This document shows, piece after piece, positions 48,598 through 61,763 of a stretch of 64,000 nt of DNA (its first letter is position 1; every line of letters begins with the position of its first letter). This stretch comes from Azolla caroliniana. Lineage: Eukaryota > Plantae > Polypodiophyta. A program made the position numbers and the translations under genes. A model generated the notes under the pieces. It was not told where the DNA came from. It saw nothing but the letters and a program-made list of their open reading frames with translations, and did not search any database. The stretch is from the NCBI GenBank assembly GCA_043228905.1, contig JBHGNT010000017.1, forward strand, positions 6,510,001 to 6,574,000, given 5' to 3'.

Positions 48598-51500
48598 TAT
48601 TACCGGTAACTCAAGAATAAGATCAACACTAACTCAACTAAAAAGCTCCAACAAGGTTCCCAACATGGGATGCATTGGAGAAATAAGATATATATATATA
48701 TATACAGTTTTATGACTTTTGGAATATAATTCTTGCTATTCAGCCCCCCAAAAAGGGATCAACTTTTGTCTCTTAATATTACACACATTATTTGACATAT
48801 TAAAACACAGAGACATTGGCTTGTCTAAATGCTTCAAAAAGGTTCCCCCCTTATAGAATGCACAAAAGAAGCAAGGCGATCATTTCTTTCACTTTCGCAT
48901 ATCAATGTTTAATATTAGGTCGGATGCCCCAAATTTGCTATCTTCATAACCATGGAATGTTTGTGCAACCAGGCATGCCATCTTGTCTAAGACTGGCCAA
49001 TGCCTACTCAATATCAATACCCTAAATATTGATGCTAATAATAATGCAACAAGTGGGTCCTTAGCCGCTTGCACCTAGAATTGTTGAGTAATCAAGAAGA
49101 GAATTTGTGAATATGTAGAACCTATGCTTATCACCAAGAAAATGAATGATGAAAGTGATCATAAATAATGAGTGATTTAACTTGAAGTTGCTATAAAAGG
49201 GCAAGTTGAAGAAAGGCATAGATGATCATGATGTGTTCCATTGAAAGATATATAGAGGTGCCAAAAGTTTGCAATGCAATTATACTACATCGACTTAACT
49301 CCTTGAAATTGAAACTCAAAAGTAGAAACTTAGGTTTGCAAGTCTGAACTTTACTTTGAAAAAGACATAAATGGCCAATTTCCAAACATAATCAACAAAA
49401 CTGTTGTCGACATGCAACCCAAAATGTCCATTGATTACCAAGAGTCAAATGGAGTTGTTGAACAATATCTTAACAAATGAGAGAAATTGGAGCTCTAGTG
49501 ATTCTAGATAGCCACATTGTGCATTGGGCAACTAGTAAAGATATGAACAATGATATCGGAGAGTTTGAGCTACCAGTTGCCCAAAATAAATATATTGAAT
49601 TACAAAACCTTGAAATTGAATAACTAAATGTAAAGTGCCTCATAGCCCAGATGCTTATAGATATTTGTGGTGAATCGGACCACCTCAAATGATCAAACTC
49701 TTTGAATTGCTTGGATTTAGATGTAGAGATGAGTGGTCAAGTCATGAGCTATATATAGTGTAGATTAATGCTACATAGATTTGCTTTGTAGCTCAATTTT
49801 ACCACCACACGGATACTTAGATCATGATGCAAATTAACCCAACATGTAGGAATAGTATTGAGAAGGAGCTTCGTCACTACTGTATATATATAATATTTAT
49901 TTATATAAGAAACATTGCAATTATTTTAAATGCATTCGAGAAGCATCCTTCTACGTCTTGTTATCTTTACGGATTATGTTTAGCACAAAATTTCTTGCAT
50001 TGGATTTTTAATGCATCAAATCACTCAACTTTGTCTTTTGTAAGGTACATTCTTAAATAGGAAATATTTCGGTACCGTCAACACCGTGTAATGTTTGTCA
50101 TTTTGTCTCTTCACGATGTATGCTTAAAATGATGCTTGGGTATCTATCTCCCTCAAGATTTCTCAGCTTCAATATTTTCAATTTGTTTCCTTGGTTAGAT
50201 ATTTAGAATTTCACTATGTCGGCTACATAATAATAAAGAATGCTTGCTTGGAGACTCCTACACACATGAAAGTTAAGATTAAGGAAATAGTTATGTGCTT
50301 GCACAAGTCGTTTTTATGTGATGTTACGAAGAATAATTTCCAATAAGTTGGAATGAGCTTCCTTAACATTCATCATTACAAATCACTTCTAATTAGATCT
50401 TTTGCCGTAATTTATTAGATTAGCAGCTCTATAGCCTACATTGCACATTATTTTTCTTAGAGATATGTTTGCTCTTGACTTTCATAGGATTAAGGGTCCT
50501 CAACTTTGAATTTGTAAGCAAGCAAAGCACACTAAATCTTAATTTTCTTACCATTGCATATAGACATAGGGTGTTGATTTCCTATTAGAAAAAAGGCTAC
50601 AAATAGGGGAATAGGGGGGGCATTATCAAAATATTTTCGATTTTCACAATTATACTATGTGTCATGTTATCTACAATGTGACACTTGCACTACGATTGTA
50701 TATCGTGCTAAGAGTAGGCATAATCAAGTTGCAAGTGACCAAGACATTTGATAACTAAGATGAACATATGAAGAATATAGACGTGTTATTAAATTCTAGG
50801 ATGAATTGGTTATGTTTCCAACTAATCGATAACAACTTAATAAAAAGTGAAGTTACCTGTACCACAAATAAATACATTATTGTTCGGCAAGAATTTGATG
50901 ATGAGTTGATCTCACATGCTCTCATAGTTTCTGTTGTAACATGTTACACATTCTATCCACCATGTCCATAACTTAAAAGAGTGACCTTCTATCCAACCAT
51001 GGAATATAAGGCTGCATAAGCCATTATTTATTCTCATTCTCCTTCAACAATCTCGTATTCTCACAAGGTTGTAATTTGTGTCTCAATTCCCTTGAAGTGA
51101 GGTGATTAAATTGGTTAGAATTCAGCACAATGAGCTCATGACCTCTTCTTCTTTTTTAATATGGATGTTGGGCTTGTGAAACTATCGGACTAAAATATGT
51201 TTTCTGTGTAGTGTTTCTTTAAAGCATTGCCTTGGTATTGCGTTAAACTATAATATTAGTACATTCAAGTTGCCTTTTTGTTTCATTTAAGTATAATATC
51301 AACATTAGAACTTCATCACCACATAAAGACCCTCTTGTACACATTTTGTGAACCCAACCTTATTGACATGTCAACACATAAGCATATCCATTAAGGGTAT
51401 CTCTAGGCTCTTCCGAACGGTACGGTTTGGTAGTCACCATTCGGTATGTCTTGAGAAGAGTGGTAGGGATTCGTGGTCAGCATGCTGTATGTATGTCTTT

Positions 51501-52000
51501 CTTGCAAAGAGCGTGTCGGCTAGACAAGATATTTAAATAGTGAAATAAGTACAATCATAAATTGTAACTTAATATGTGTTATAAAGATATTATAGGATTG
51601 TATCATGTAACTTATGTGTGACATAAAGATATTATAGGATTGACTTAAGACACAATATAGTATTCAAAATATTCCCCTTCCTCTTGCAAAGAGACGCACT
51701 ACGTAGGACTCAGGAGCTTATCTTTTAAGATAAACTTGACCACAAAAATTCCCTTTTGGAGGGCATGAAATTCAAGCTTTAGCGGATGGATCCATTGATA
51801 CACGTTTGAACATGTCTTTAATCTTGACATGGTAGATAATTTGTGTGCATGAATAATTGGATTTCTTTGGATTGTAGGACATCTTGAACATGCTTTTTCA
51901 ATTTATCTATCTCTGTGATGTGCTCCTCCATGGCCAAGATGAGCATGTTTTCAATCCGTCCACCAAACAGCACATCCCAACAGAATTATTTTCCAACTCA

Positions 52001-52114
52001 TTTTTATTCATACCATGGGATAACAACCTCCCCAGGATTAAAGATCAAATCCTGCTTTTTTCATTCATACAATGGGATAACAACCACCCCAGGATTAAAG
52101 ATCAAATCCTGCTT
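52001..52114 (+). repeat. 57-bp tandem duplication
   Basis: atgggataacaacc.ccccaggattaaagatcaaatcctgctt twice. Confidence 0.8.
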
Positions 52115-52912
52115 GCGAAAATTTGAGCGAAATAACAAAAAAAAATGCAACTCTGCTTGCAAAAATTTGAGCAAAATATCAGAATACTAATGCCACATTC
52201 TCAAATCAGACCTTATTAACACCTTGAGTCTGGATCAATTAGATAGTTGTATGCACACCATGCGAGCACCTCCAGCCCCATGGATTCCATTGCGAGTATA
52301 TGCACGACATATGAATGCCTTAAGTCTGCGATGGCAGATTTATTGCCATAGAACACAGAATTCAAACAAACACCACACGTTAAGTAAGAGTAAAAATCTC
52401 TTTACTTAAATTTCTCATACAAACCCGTCATTCAGTGTCTCTTTAAGAAATAGAGTAACTATTACATTTTTTTCCATCATTTTCTTCTATGGTGAAGAAG
52501 AAGATAGCTTTGGCTGTATGTCAAGATATATATAGATAGATATATATCTTTCGACTGTGCTGGTATTATATCAAATTTCTCTCTGTAAACATTACATCTT
52601 CAGTGGTAAGATTGAAAAGGCAGAAACAACAAACGAAAGGACGCTGATAGGAAATCAGAAACTGATCATCTAGAGTATAACTTTTACAGGTGTTTTAATC
52701 CCATCCTCTTCTTCTATGCAGAGAGATGTCTTTCCTTTGTTATGCAAAGACATATCTCTCTTGATTGTGCTATGGTATTGTGTCAAAAATTTGTTTCTTT
52801 CTGTACACAGGTTGAGTTGTAATGGTAAAGATAGAAAAGGCAGGAAAAAGGGAAATGAAAGGTTATAAGGAATCAGAAACTGTTTTAGAGAGAAAGAGAA
52901 TGTTCTCTCTGC

Positions 52913-54131
52913 TCAAAACGCAGCCGCTTCTTGCAATTCCGGAACAGAAAAGCATTTGGAAGAAGGTAATGGTTTCATGTAGTGATGGTGATGGCTTCTA
53001 GGGCTTCTGGCATGTGATCTGAGGCTTGTGGAGCTATTACTGCCACTATGTCGCTTAGATATGGCACCATTGGAAGCACATCTGGAAGGATGTGAGCGAT
53101 GCTTCTTCATTAGATTTGACGAAGTTCTTCTCTTCTTTGCAAATGGATCCTCAGGCTTTGCCAGTTCAGCTACGGTGGAAATAGCACCTAAGCACGAAAA
53201 AGACTGTGATTTCCCACGGAAATAGCAAGATAGTCCTCTCCTGCACAGAACAAGAAAGAAGAAAAGAGTTAGTTTTCGGCAAGATGATTCTCCTCTTCCA
53301 AATAAAAGAAATACTAACGACTTCGATTCGCATCAGATCTAGGCCTTTTTTGTCTCTATAGTTAATGAACTAGACATGGACATGGAAGAATTCAGGGTTT
53401 CGCTTAGGCTTTTTCAGGTGTGCAACGAAATAAGAGAGACAAATGCGAGAAAGATATGGTTTTTGCCTCAGATTGAAGCTTTTACTACTCTAAAATGGAA
53501 ACAAAAAGAGAGATGTGAAGGATTGTGGTTTTGCTAAAAGTTGAGGTTATTATACCCTAAGATGAAAGAATTCAGGGTTTGAAGCGCAAACTTACTTGAT
53601 AGGGAGCGCAGAAGCAAGTGAATCAAACGTATCCAGAGCTCCACTCTGCTTCAGAGACGGGAAAGAAGAGGATAAGGTATCTGACGAAGAAGAAGACGTT
53701 GGTGATGATGAATCGAAACTAGAAGATTGTACTTCTTCATCATCTTCCTCCTCGTTATCATCAGAGATGGAAGACATGAAACAGGAAGAAGACGAAGATT
53801 CTGAGTTATCGTAGGAGGGATCTGGAAATCGAGATATGGCGGAATCAGATCCCTGGAAAACACAGTGTAGCGAAGAAAGATCTGTAGCAGAAGCAGATAT
53901 AGCGAGAGGAGCATATCCCAGGAAATCGTTGTGAAGAGTCGATGGAGAAGCAGGAGAAGGAGAAGGAGAAGGAGAAGGAGGGGGCAAGTTCATACCGCTA
54001 TAAGTGAGAACTCGAAGCTGCTTCTGCTTATTAGTATTGTTATTATTGTTATTGTTAGCAGAAGCAGAAGCAGTGGTAGCATTGCTGTCTCTGTATAGGC
54101 CTGCAGATCTGCAGAATAAAGAAGACGCCAT
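52913..54131 (-). CDS. OXS3: OXIDATIVE STRESS 3-like protein, 2 exons, 287 aa
   Basis: Exons 54131-53596 and 53240-52913 with a GT-AG intron. Ser/acidic N-region (EEEVQSS) and the family motif LPIKRGLSCYFRGKSQSFSCL...ELAKPEDPF. Confidence 0.88.
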
Positions 54132-54147
54132 GGAACGTTGAGGAAGA

Positions 54148-54291
54148 GGCAGTAGAGGAAGGCGAAGGGGATGGGGATGGGAATTCAGGAGCAGAAGCTT
54201 TCTCTGCGTATTATTACTGTTAGGCAGTAGAGGAAGGCGGAGGGGATGGGAATTCAGAAACAGAAGCTTTCTCTGCGTGTTCTTACTGTTA
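54148..54291. repeat. Tandem duplication (75/69 bp) in the OXS3-like 5' UTR
   Basis: ggcagtagaggaaggcg...gggaattcag...cagaagctttctctgcgt...ttactgtta twice. Confidence 0.8.
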
Positions 54292-54390
54292 TTATCTCTC
54301 TCTCTCGGCGATGGTTTCTTGGATGGAGCAGCGATGGCTTTTCTTGGAGGAGAAGGATGGGGTTCACTCGGATTTCTGTTATCGTTCTGG

Positions 54391-54398
54391 TTTTTATA
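54391..54398 (-). promoter_or_regulatory. Candidate TATA box of the OXS3-like gene
   Basis: TATAAAAA on the minus strand about 260 bp upstream of the ATG. Confidence 0.5.
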
Positions 54399-54882
54399 TG
54401 GGAGAAAAATGCAATAATAAATAAATAAATAATCAATATGGATAAGTAAATAAAGAGAAATTTATGTACATAAAATAGGACATATATATAGATTATTTGT
54501 TGTGATTGGGTTATTTAAGTAATTTGTCCAAACTCCAATTTGAGCTTGGATCATCACACACACACACACAAAAACCGACCACAAAAAACCACATGCTCCC
54601 CTTCCTATGACCTCTTTCTCATTGTCTCGTCTCGTTCACTCACCGGGGGGGGGGGTACTCTGGAGGGTACTCTAGACACCCACCCTGCCTTGCCCTGCCT
54701 TGCCTTGCATGTATGTGCCCATCGAACTCTTCTTGTGCCGGAATGTGATCCTTGCTTGTTGGACCATACATTGGTTTGCTTCAAATTGATGTCGCACTTC
54801 TACTAGCTGCCCTTCTTTCGTCACCCTAACGACCCACACTCTCATTTCACATTGCCCGCCCATCTCAAGTTGTGCCCTTTTT

Positions 54883-54922
<40 letters not shown>

Positions 54923-56535
54923 CATCATCGCTCACACCAACCATCTATAGTTTCGCTTTTATGCTTCAATCATGATGTATATACTCTTTCTTCTCCTAGA
55001 ACTAATACTTCGACCAAGCAGTGTCTCGTATTCTACTATTAGTATATGGTCACATGTCATGTTCGCCTCATGCCTCTCTTGGAGTATATAGTGTGACTTT
55101 GCCTTTTTGCTTCCTCATTTTTTAGGCTTCTGGCAAGTTGTGCCATTTTATTTTATTGTCATGCCATTACCGTATGAACGAGATTGTGTGTCCTCTCACA
55201 ATGAACGTGGGCTTATGCTACTTGAAACGCATAACAACATATACCAACTTTTGAACATAGAGGATGTTGCTCCAGCCCACTCCGTCCACTTCAATTTTAC
55301 ACCCACGTTGTTGTAAGAGATCATGTGTCCTATTGAACCCGAATTAGTCAGTTGGAGTGTTTTTGCAACTTGAACAAAGTGCCATTATCTAGTGAAGCTC
55401 CAATTCCACAAAAGATATGCATAACCTTATCCATATATCTTGATACCTCATGAGTCAACATTCACCATGTTCCCGAATCTTAAAACGAAGATCGAGAAAC
55501 ATATTTTATCTTCCCCACAGATAGAAAGTAATGTTTTCCAAAACAAGATGCATGTTAGAAATTTATACGGTAGGATTTTTAACCTATATGATACAATAAA
55601 TTTGTGGATGTCTGTCTTTTAGGTAATTAGGTGACTAAAAATGGTAAAATGTATGAGTTCTTTTCACGTAATTGAGTGGAGCACTTTGACATTATCTTTG
55701 TGGGAAATGCTACCTTTTCACACACATATACAATCCTCATATTTTTTTTGGGTGACACGTCAAACATAGCACATTGTCAATACCTAACAATGACATCTCA
55801 AAAAGATTGGGATCTTGGGATTGCTTGCTTGAGATTGGCTAACCAAGGTGTCAAATCAAGAACCATTTTTCTTTTCTTTCCATGGGGTTGTAAGCGTGTA
55901 TGAAAGTCAATGGAAATGACTAGAGGTGCAAACTTTCTTTCGGAATGGGGTAAGAACGTGGGCATGTGTGTGTGTGTGTGTGGGTGGGTGGACTGGGTGT
56001 GTGGTCGACGGAAATAGGTGGGTGGCAAGCACGTGATGTGCACAAAACGTTGTCAATGGAAATGAGGCGGGTTGGATCGGGAACCACATTGGCGTTGAGG
56101 ATAATCCAACAGCTAGTTGAGGCTATGGTATTTGCCATGGGCGGGCATGGACCGTGCCTTTGGTGTTTGTCATGGGCGGGCATGGGCACGCACACAAGCA
56201 TTGAACGAAGTTACTAACCGGAAGAAGAAGAAGAAGAAGAAGAAGAAGAAGGGATGGGGTTAAGAGTGAAGACTTAGGAAGGGTGTTTTGTTTTAGGAGG
56301 AGGATGTGTGTGCGTGGCCAAAGGAAAAGGAAAGAGAAAAGAGAAAAAGGGTGTAGGAAAGGCTTGGAGCAGATTGATTGATGATTTAATGATGATGATG
56401 ATGATGATGATTCGGATCTATCCATCTATCTCTTTCTTTATCAAAAGAAAATACATATATTATGTAAACAAAAAAACACAAACTACAAACCGAATAAATA
56501 AATCAAATTTTTTATTTAAAAAAAGCCGAATGAAT

Positions 56536-56570
<35 letters not shown>

Positions 56571-56892
56571 AGTAGCCTTATCCTCTTCCTCCTGCTCGCT
56601 TTTTCCCTTATCGTTTCTCCTGCCACGTCGGCCTTGCCTTTTTCCTCTCGCTTTTTGCATTCATCCGCTTTTTCGCTTTTTCTCCCATCTCTCTCTCTCT
56701 TGTGTGTGTGTGTGTGTGTGTATTTTTCTTTTTGTGCTCCTCCTTTCTACTTCTTTTCTTTAAGAAAAGAGACCTCGTTTTCTTCTCATTCACACCCACA
56801 CCCAACCCCCATCCATCCATCCCCCTTGGGTCCTCCAAGTCTCTCCTAACCCTAGGGGGCATGCATTCGTGTCCGCCACATGATACATACGA

Positions 56893-56937
<45 letters not shown>

Positions 56938-59900
56938 CATAGCCCGGCCCCAACCATAACTGCCAACACCAATCATATATACATGTCCCCCCCCCATATC
57001 ATTCCCAACACACCAATAATTCCCTCTCTCCTCTCCACCTTTTTCGCGTCTTAATGTCCATGGCCTCCTCGTCCATGCCTCGTTGAATCTCAGTCTTCGA
57101 GCCTTATCTAGTCACTAGTGATGAAATGAGACAACACGGATCCAAAGCTCTTTTTCTTATCGTACAAAGACTACCCTCCACACACATACCGACTCTATGA
57201 AATTCAAAACGTTGCATGTTCCTTTCTATTAAGCTTTTGGCGTAGATTCTAATACGTTGCAATCAACCTATATCCTCTCAGCTCTTCTTGCACTCCACCG
57301 AATCACTATCTCTATATTATCATGATTCCAATTCATAAATGGCATTAAATATTTATTGATTGAGAGATCGATTGAAAGCAACAAATGCAGCCCCATGTAC
57401 ACACACATGCACACATTCCTCTCTCTTATGAGAGCGCATGTGCTTCTTTCCATTTCTCTTTCCATGTATTTCCTTCTTAGTTCATCAATCAAACCACCAA
57501 ATCCAAAATGACGTCTACCACGTGCCCTATACATTACATAAGATGGCAACATTTTTTGGAGCAATGAAGATCTCAAATGGAGGAAAAACAAGTTTGTACC
57601 TTTTATTATTGAATATGGCAACTTCTTGAACAGGGTGAAAAAAGCACAAGCATCATGTAATATTTTCATACATTTTTGAACATCACGATTGAGTTCATGA
57701 TATTGATTATCATAAGTTGCCAAGGTTTTAAGTTAATTGTCACGGGTGGTTGAGACAGGTTGACCTTATTAATACGCAAAAAAAGGAGTGAGAGGTTTAT
57801 GGACTTCGTCTAACAATACCAATTCTAGTTATGTTTTTTGCACATAATTCCAAGCATGGATCTTGTAAATCGATTTGATGTCCTTGACGTAACTTATAAA
57901 ACTTGCATCATTAATTAAAAGAATGTTTGAACAAACACTATAGCCTCATACAACATACTCCCTTTTACATGCCGCATATCCCGTTTACCCTTCTCATGAT
58001 TTCACTATGCAAGAACATCCCATATCCTTATTCTCTTTGCGTTCTTTTGTGATAAAGAAATATTAACTTCAGTTTATTAAGTTTTAAAAGCATCACACCC
58101 TAAATTGCTGTGCACTATGGGCTTTAATATAAAATAGACCAAACTTGCAACACAAGCATGTCAAAATGTTGGCATGCAAACTTATAATAATTTGTGGTTT
58201 AAGAGACTTTGGAAACAAATCATGGGGCATCTAGGTCGCTTATTAGTTATCTTAGTAAAGAATCACAAGATTGTCCTCATAAAATATGTAATATTGATTC
58301 TTACCAAGTCTCTTATATCATCGAATCACATCGAGTTTGAGGCATTAAAGACATAGATGATGGAGCAAGTTTCTCAAGCACAAACATTACATGTATCATT
58401 TCCAAGGCAAAGGGAATATGTAATAACGTGGTGTGTGTATTGAAGACATGAAGTTTGAACCAACACATATTTGGGACTTGAGAACCAATGACATTAGAAG
58501 ATGGACCACTGCTAGTACATGTATATCAAGTCTCATCTACTATAAGGAGACTCCAATGGCCGGTCCTTGTAGTTCTCGTGATGGCAAAAGATGCCCTCTC
58601 TCAAAGAACTTTCCTTACTTTTTATTATTTTATGATAGAATTATGGTATGAATAACTATATTGTATGTTGTTCCTATGTTGAACAATCTTATGTGTATCC
58701 CTATTATGATTAATTGCCTTAACATATCCCGATCTTAACAAGAGAAAGTGCCCGCCAACCATTTTGTGTGAGGGTGTACTATATTTTATTTCATGGGTCG
58801 AATTTAGACATTGTGGAATTTAAAAACTCTTCGCTCAAAGGCATTCATTACAAGCGATTCAAGGTAATATGGGGCCCGAGCTTCCAACTTTAATAAAACA
58901 TCCACACAATAATTATGAAAAATTAATTTGCTAATAATAATAAGACTAGTCCTTTGGTACTCCACATGGAGAATTTAATTTCCTTTACTTTAATAACAAT
59001 ACTTTTTTGTTAGATTTAGTATTTGCATATTTTAGGTTATCTATGATATATTAGGAAGAAAAACAAATTCATAATCACCTTTACATTATCGTTTGAGCTT
59101 GACTCTAACGTGGGTTATATAGGCAAACTCCTCATTCACTTTGGACTGCATATGTCTACATTTGCAATTGGTTCCATTGCAACTTTGGGCATCATAAAAC
59201 AACTACGGAATGCTCATTGTCAATGGATGGTCCAAGAACTATAATCTTATGTGCGTTGTGCATGAACATCCAACTTTACAAGCACGCTTCACATCGACTT
59301 GGAAGATGGGGTAAAGAGATACAACTTACGATACGATTATGGCCATAACAATGCAACATATTGGAAAACATCCAAAGTGACTCTTGAGTTCACCCAACCT
59401 CTTTTTTTTATCCCATGGGCCAACATGACTTTTGAAAAAGAGCCGATCATCCTTCACAAAACTTTGTTATTGAAAGTAAAGCAAAACAATGTTTTGATGA
59501 AGATATTGTATGCAGTATTTCTCAAAGCCATGAGATTAAGAATAAAGACCATTTTACAACATATGGTGACAACCATGCATACTTCCATGCATCTATCACA
59601 ATGCAACAATAAACATTCTTACACTAATTTGATAGTAAACAAAGACTCCCACCCACCCCCCAAAAAAACTTATGCACATACATGTGCTCTCTTTTACGAG
59701 CTTATTATTTAACTTTGCACATTGAATTTGACCAAGCTCCATTCTAAACCTACCCTAAGGTTTGTCTTGACTAAAATTTGTAAGAGGATTTATCATAACG
59801 TTTACTTATGAAACGATGTAGATGTTAAAGTGGCATACTTGTTTTATATCTCAATCAAAGTTTTTTTTTACTTTAGAATATCCTTCAACTAGTTAAGAAA

Positions 59901-61763
59901 AGCGAAATTGGTGACAAATACGAACTATGTAGAAAGGAGTCAAGATACTTCCAAAACCTATTGTGAAAGTCAATGGCCAACAAAAGAGTCTTCCCTTAAA
60001 TGGGCTAAGGAGATGAATTTGTATACATCAAAAGTAGCTTAGAACAACTCAGAAAAGGCGAAAGTTGCCAAATCATCTTACAATTTACCAATAGGAAAAA
60101 TGGAATGCAACTCCAAGGCTTCCGAAAAGCAATTTGTAATAACAATCAAATATCCATATGTGTAGGAATACGATCATAATGCAATCACCAATTTTGACGA
60201 AACAAAAGCAATGATTTCTTCAATTGGCATTATGTGACCTTGAAACATCCACACACCGTGCTTTCCATAAAGTCCATACAACCGTGGGAACCAATCTATC
60301 CCACAACTCCTTCATAATCAAAGCTTTGAAACATGACAATTATTAAATACACATTCATGAAAAGTAATCCAAATAAACTACGAAGTTTATAAGTTCGTAA
60401 TGGAATGATCTAATATTAGTTTAGAAGCATGGGAAAATGGAAATGAGTCTTGAAAAGACATTGATGTCGATCGTTGAAATATGTCGAGAACAATATTTTT
60501 ATACTTTAACTTTAAGGTTGGAGATAAAAGACACTAAAGAAAAAAAGGGTGAGATCCTTGGTTAAGTTGAAGAACATCACAAACGACAACAATGGGTGAA
60601 GGAGATTATGAAAAATAGGGTCAAGGTTGAGCATTCAACTAATAAAAACCTCGTGGTTATTTTATATGTAGAACTTCAAATATTTAATGATGGGGATGAG
60701 TATCATCATCTTCTTCTTCTCCTCAACATACGTGTGATATTAGGGTTTAATTTTCCTCTTCTTCACAAATTTTAGGGTTTTTAGTTCTTGTTTTATTTTG
60801 GAAAAATTACTACCGTTCTAATAATTTATCCCAAAATCTTGTAAACCCAAATTTATCCAGCGTTTTCAAGCTACAAAGTGGCCAATACTTAATATTGTGT
60901 TCAATCCATTCGTAATCTCATGTTCTTTGGGCTAATTACCTGTTTCGTTCTTAACCTTGAGAATTAATTGGCGTTCGACTCTACCTTACCTTCGACTCAA
61001 CGTATGTTTATCATTTTTTTTGTTCATTTCACATCCACTTTAAGTAAAGTCTATTTTAATGTAGTATGAAATCATACGTAAATATTTAACCTTTGCCTTT
61101 GCCTTCTCGTCGACTCTAGAGAGCCTTTGAGTCTGAAGAGCTTTCGACCCATCCTTTTTGGTTCAAGTCCCCATTGGCCCCTCTCAGATTTCACAGGTGT
61201 AACTTTGCAACATCGTGATTTGTAAAATGCATTGGAGGAAATAAGTGAATATCGAAAAGACTAAATGATAGATTGAAGGTGTGGTGTGAAGAGCAAGTAA
61301 TGAGTTGCATTTAAAAACAATAAGAAGTCTTAGCTCAATTGCTAAGATCTTGGACTATGAGTGGAAGGAGAAAAGTAGAGTGTGCAAGTGGAAAAAAAGC
61401 ATGGTGCATGTGAAAAAAAAAGCACAAACTAATTTTGGTTGTGAGAGGGCCTCTTGAATCCTATAAAACGGGGATTAGAGCTAATTGTAAGAGAGGGGGG
61501 GGAAAGGAGAGATGGGGGATTAGAGCTCATTGTAAGGTGGGGGGGGAGGGAAGGAGAGACACATCCGAAGCGTTGCCGAATTCTAAAGAGGGAACTAGGG
61601 TTGCGAATCAAGAGGGCATGCAAAAACAACATCGACAAGAGGCGATTTGATCGTTGTTCGTTGGGAAGTTGCACTGAAACTCGAGGATCTCCCCCTAAAG
61701 CTCTCTTTGTGAACTATCTTCTCTATTTATTCTTTTCTTTTTCATCATCATCATCATCTTCTC

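Noticed and set aside
54400-61400. Numerous short ORFs (e.g. 56308-56763, 57268-57723, 59299-59712)
   Set aside because: Microsatellite-derived or AT-rich chance ORFs with no recognisable domains or splice structure. No conserved plant miRNA sequence recognised either.
61320-61763. Possible additional LTR or SINE fragment (TAGCTCAATTG A-box-like, CTATAAAA)
   Set aside because: No termini, B box or partner repeat could be defined.
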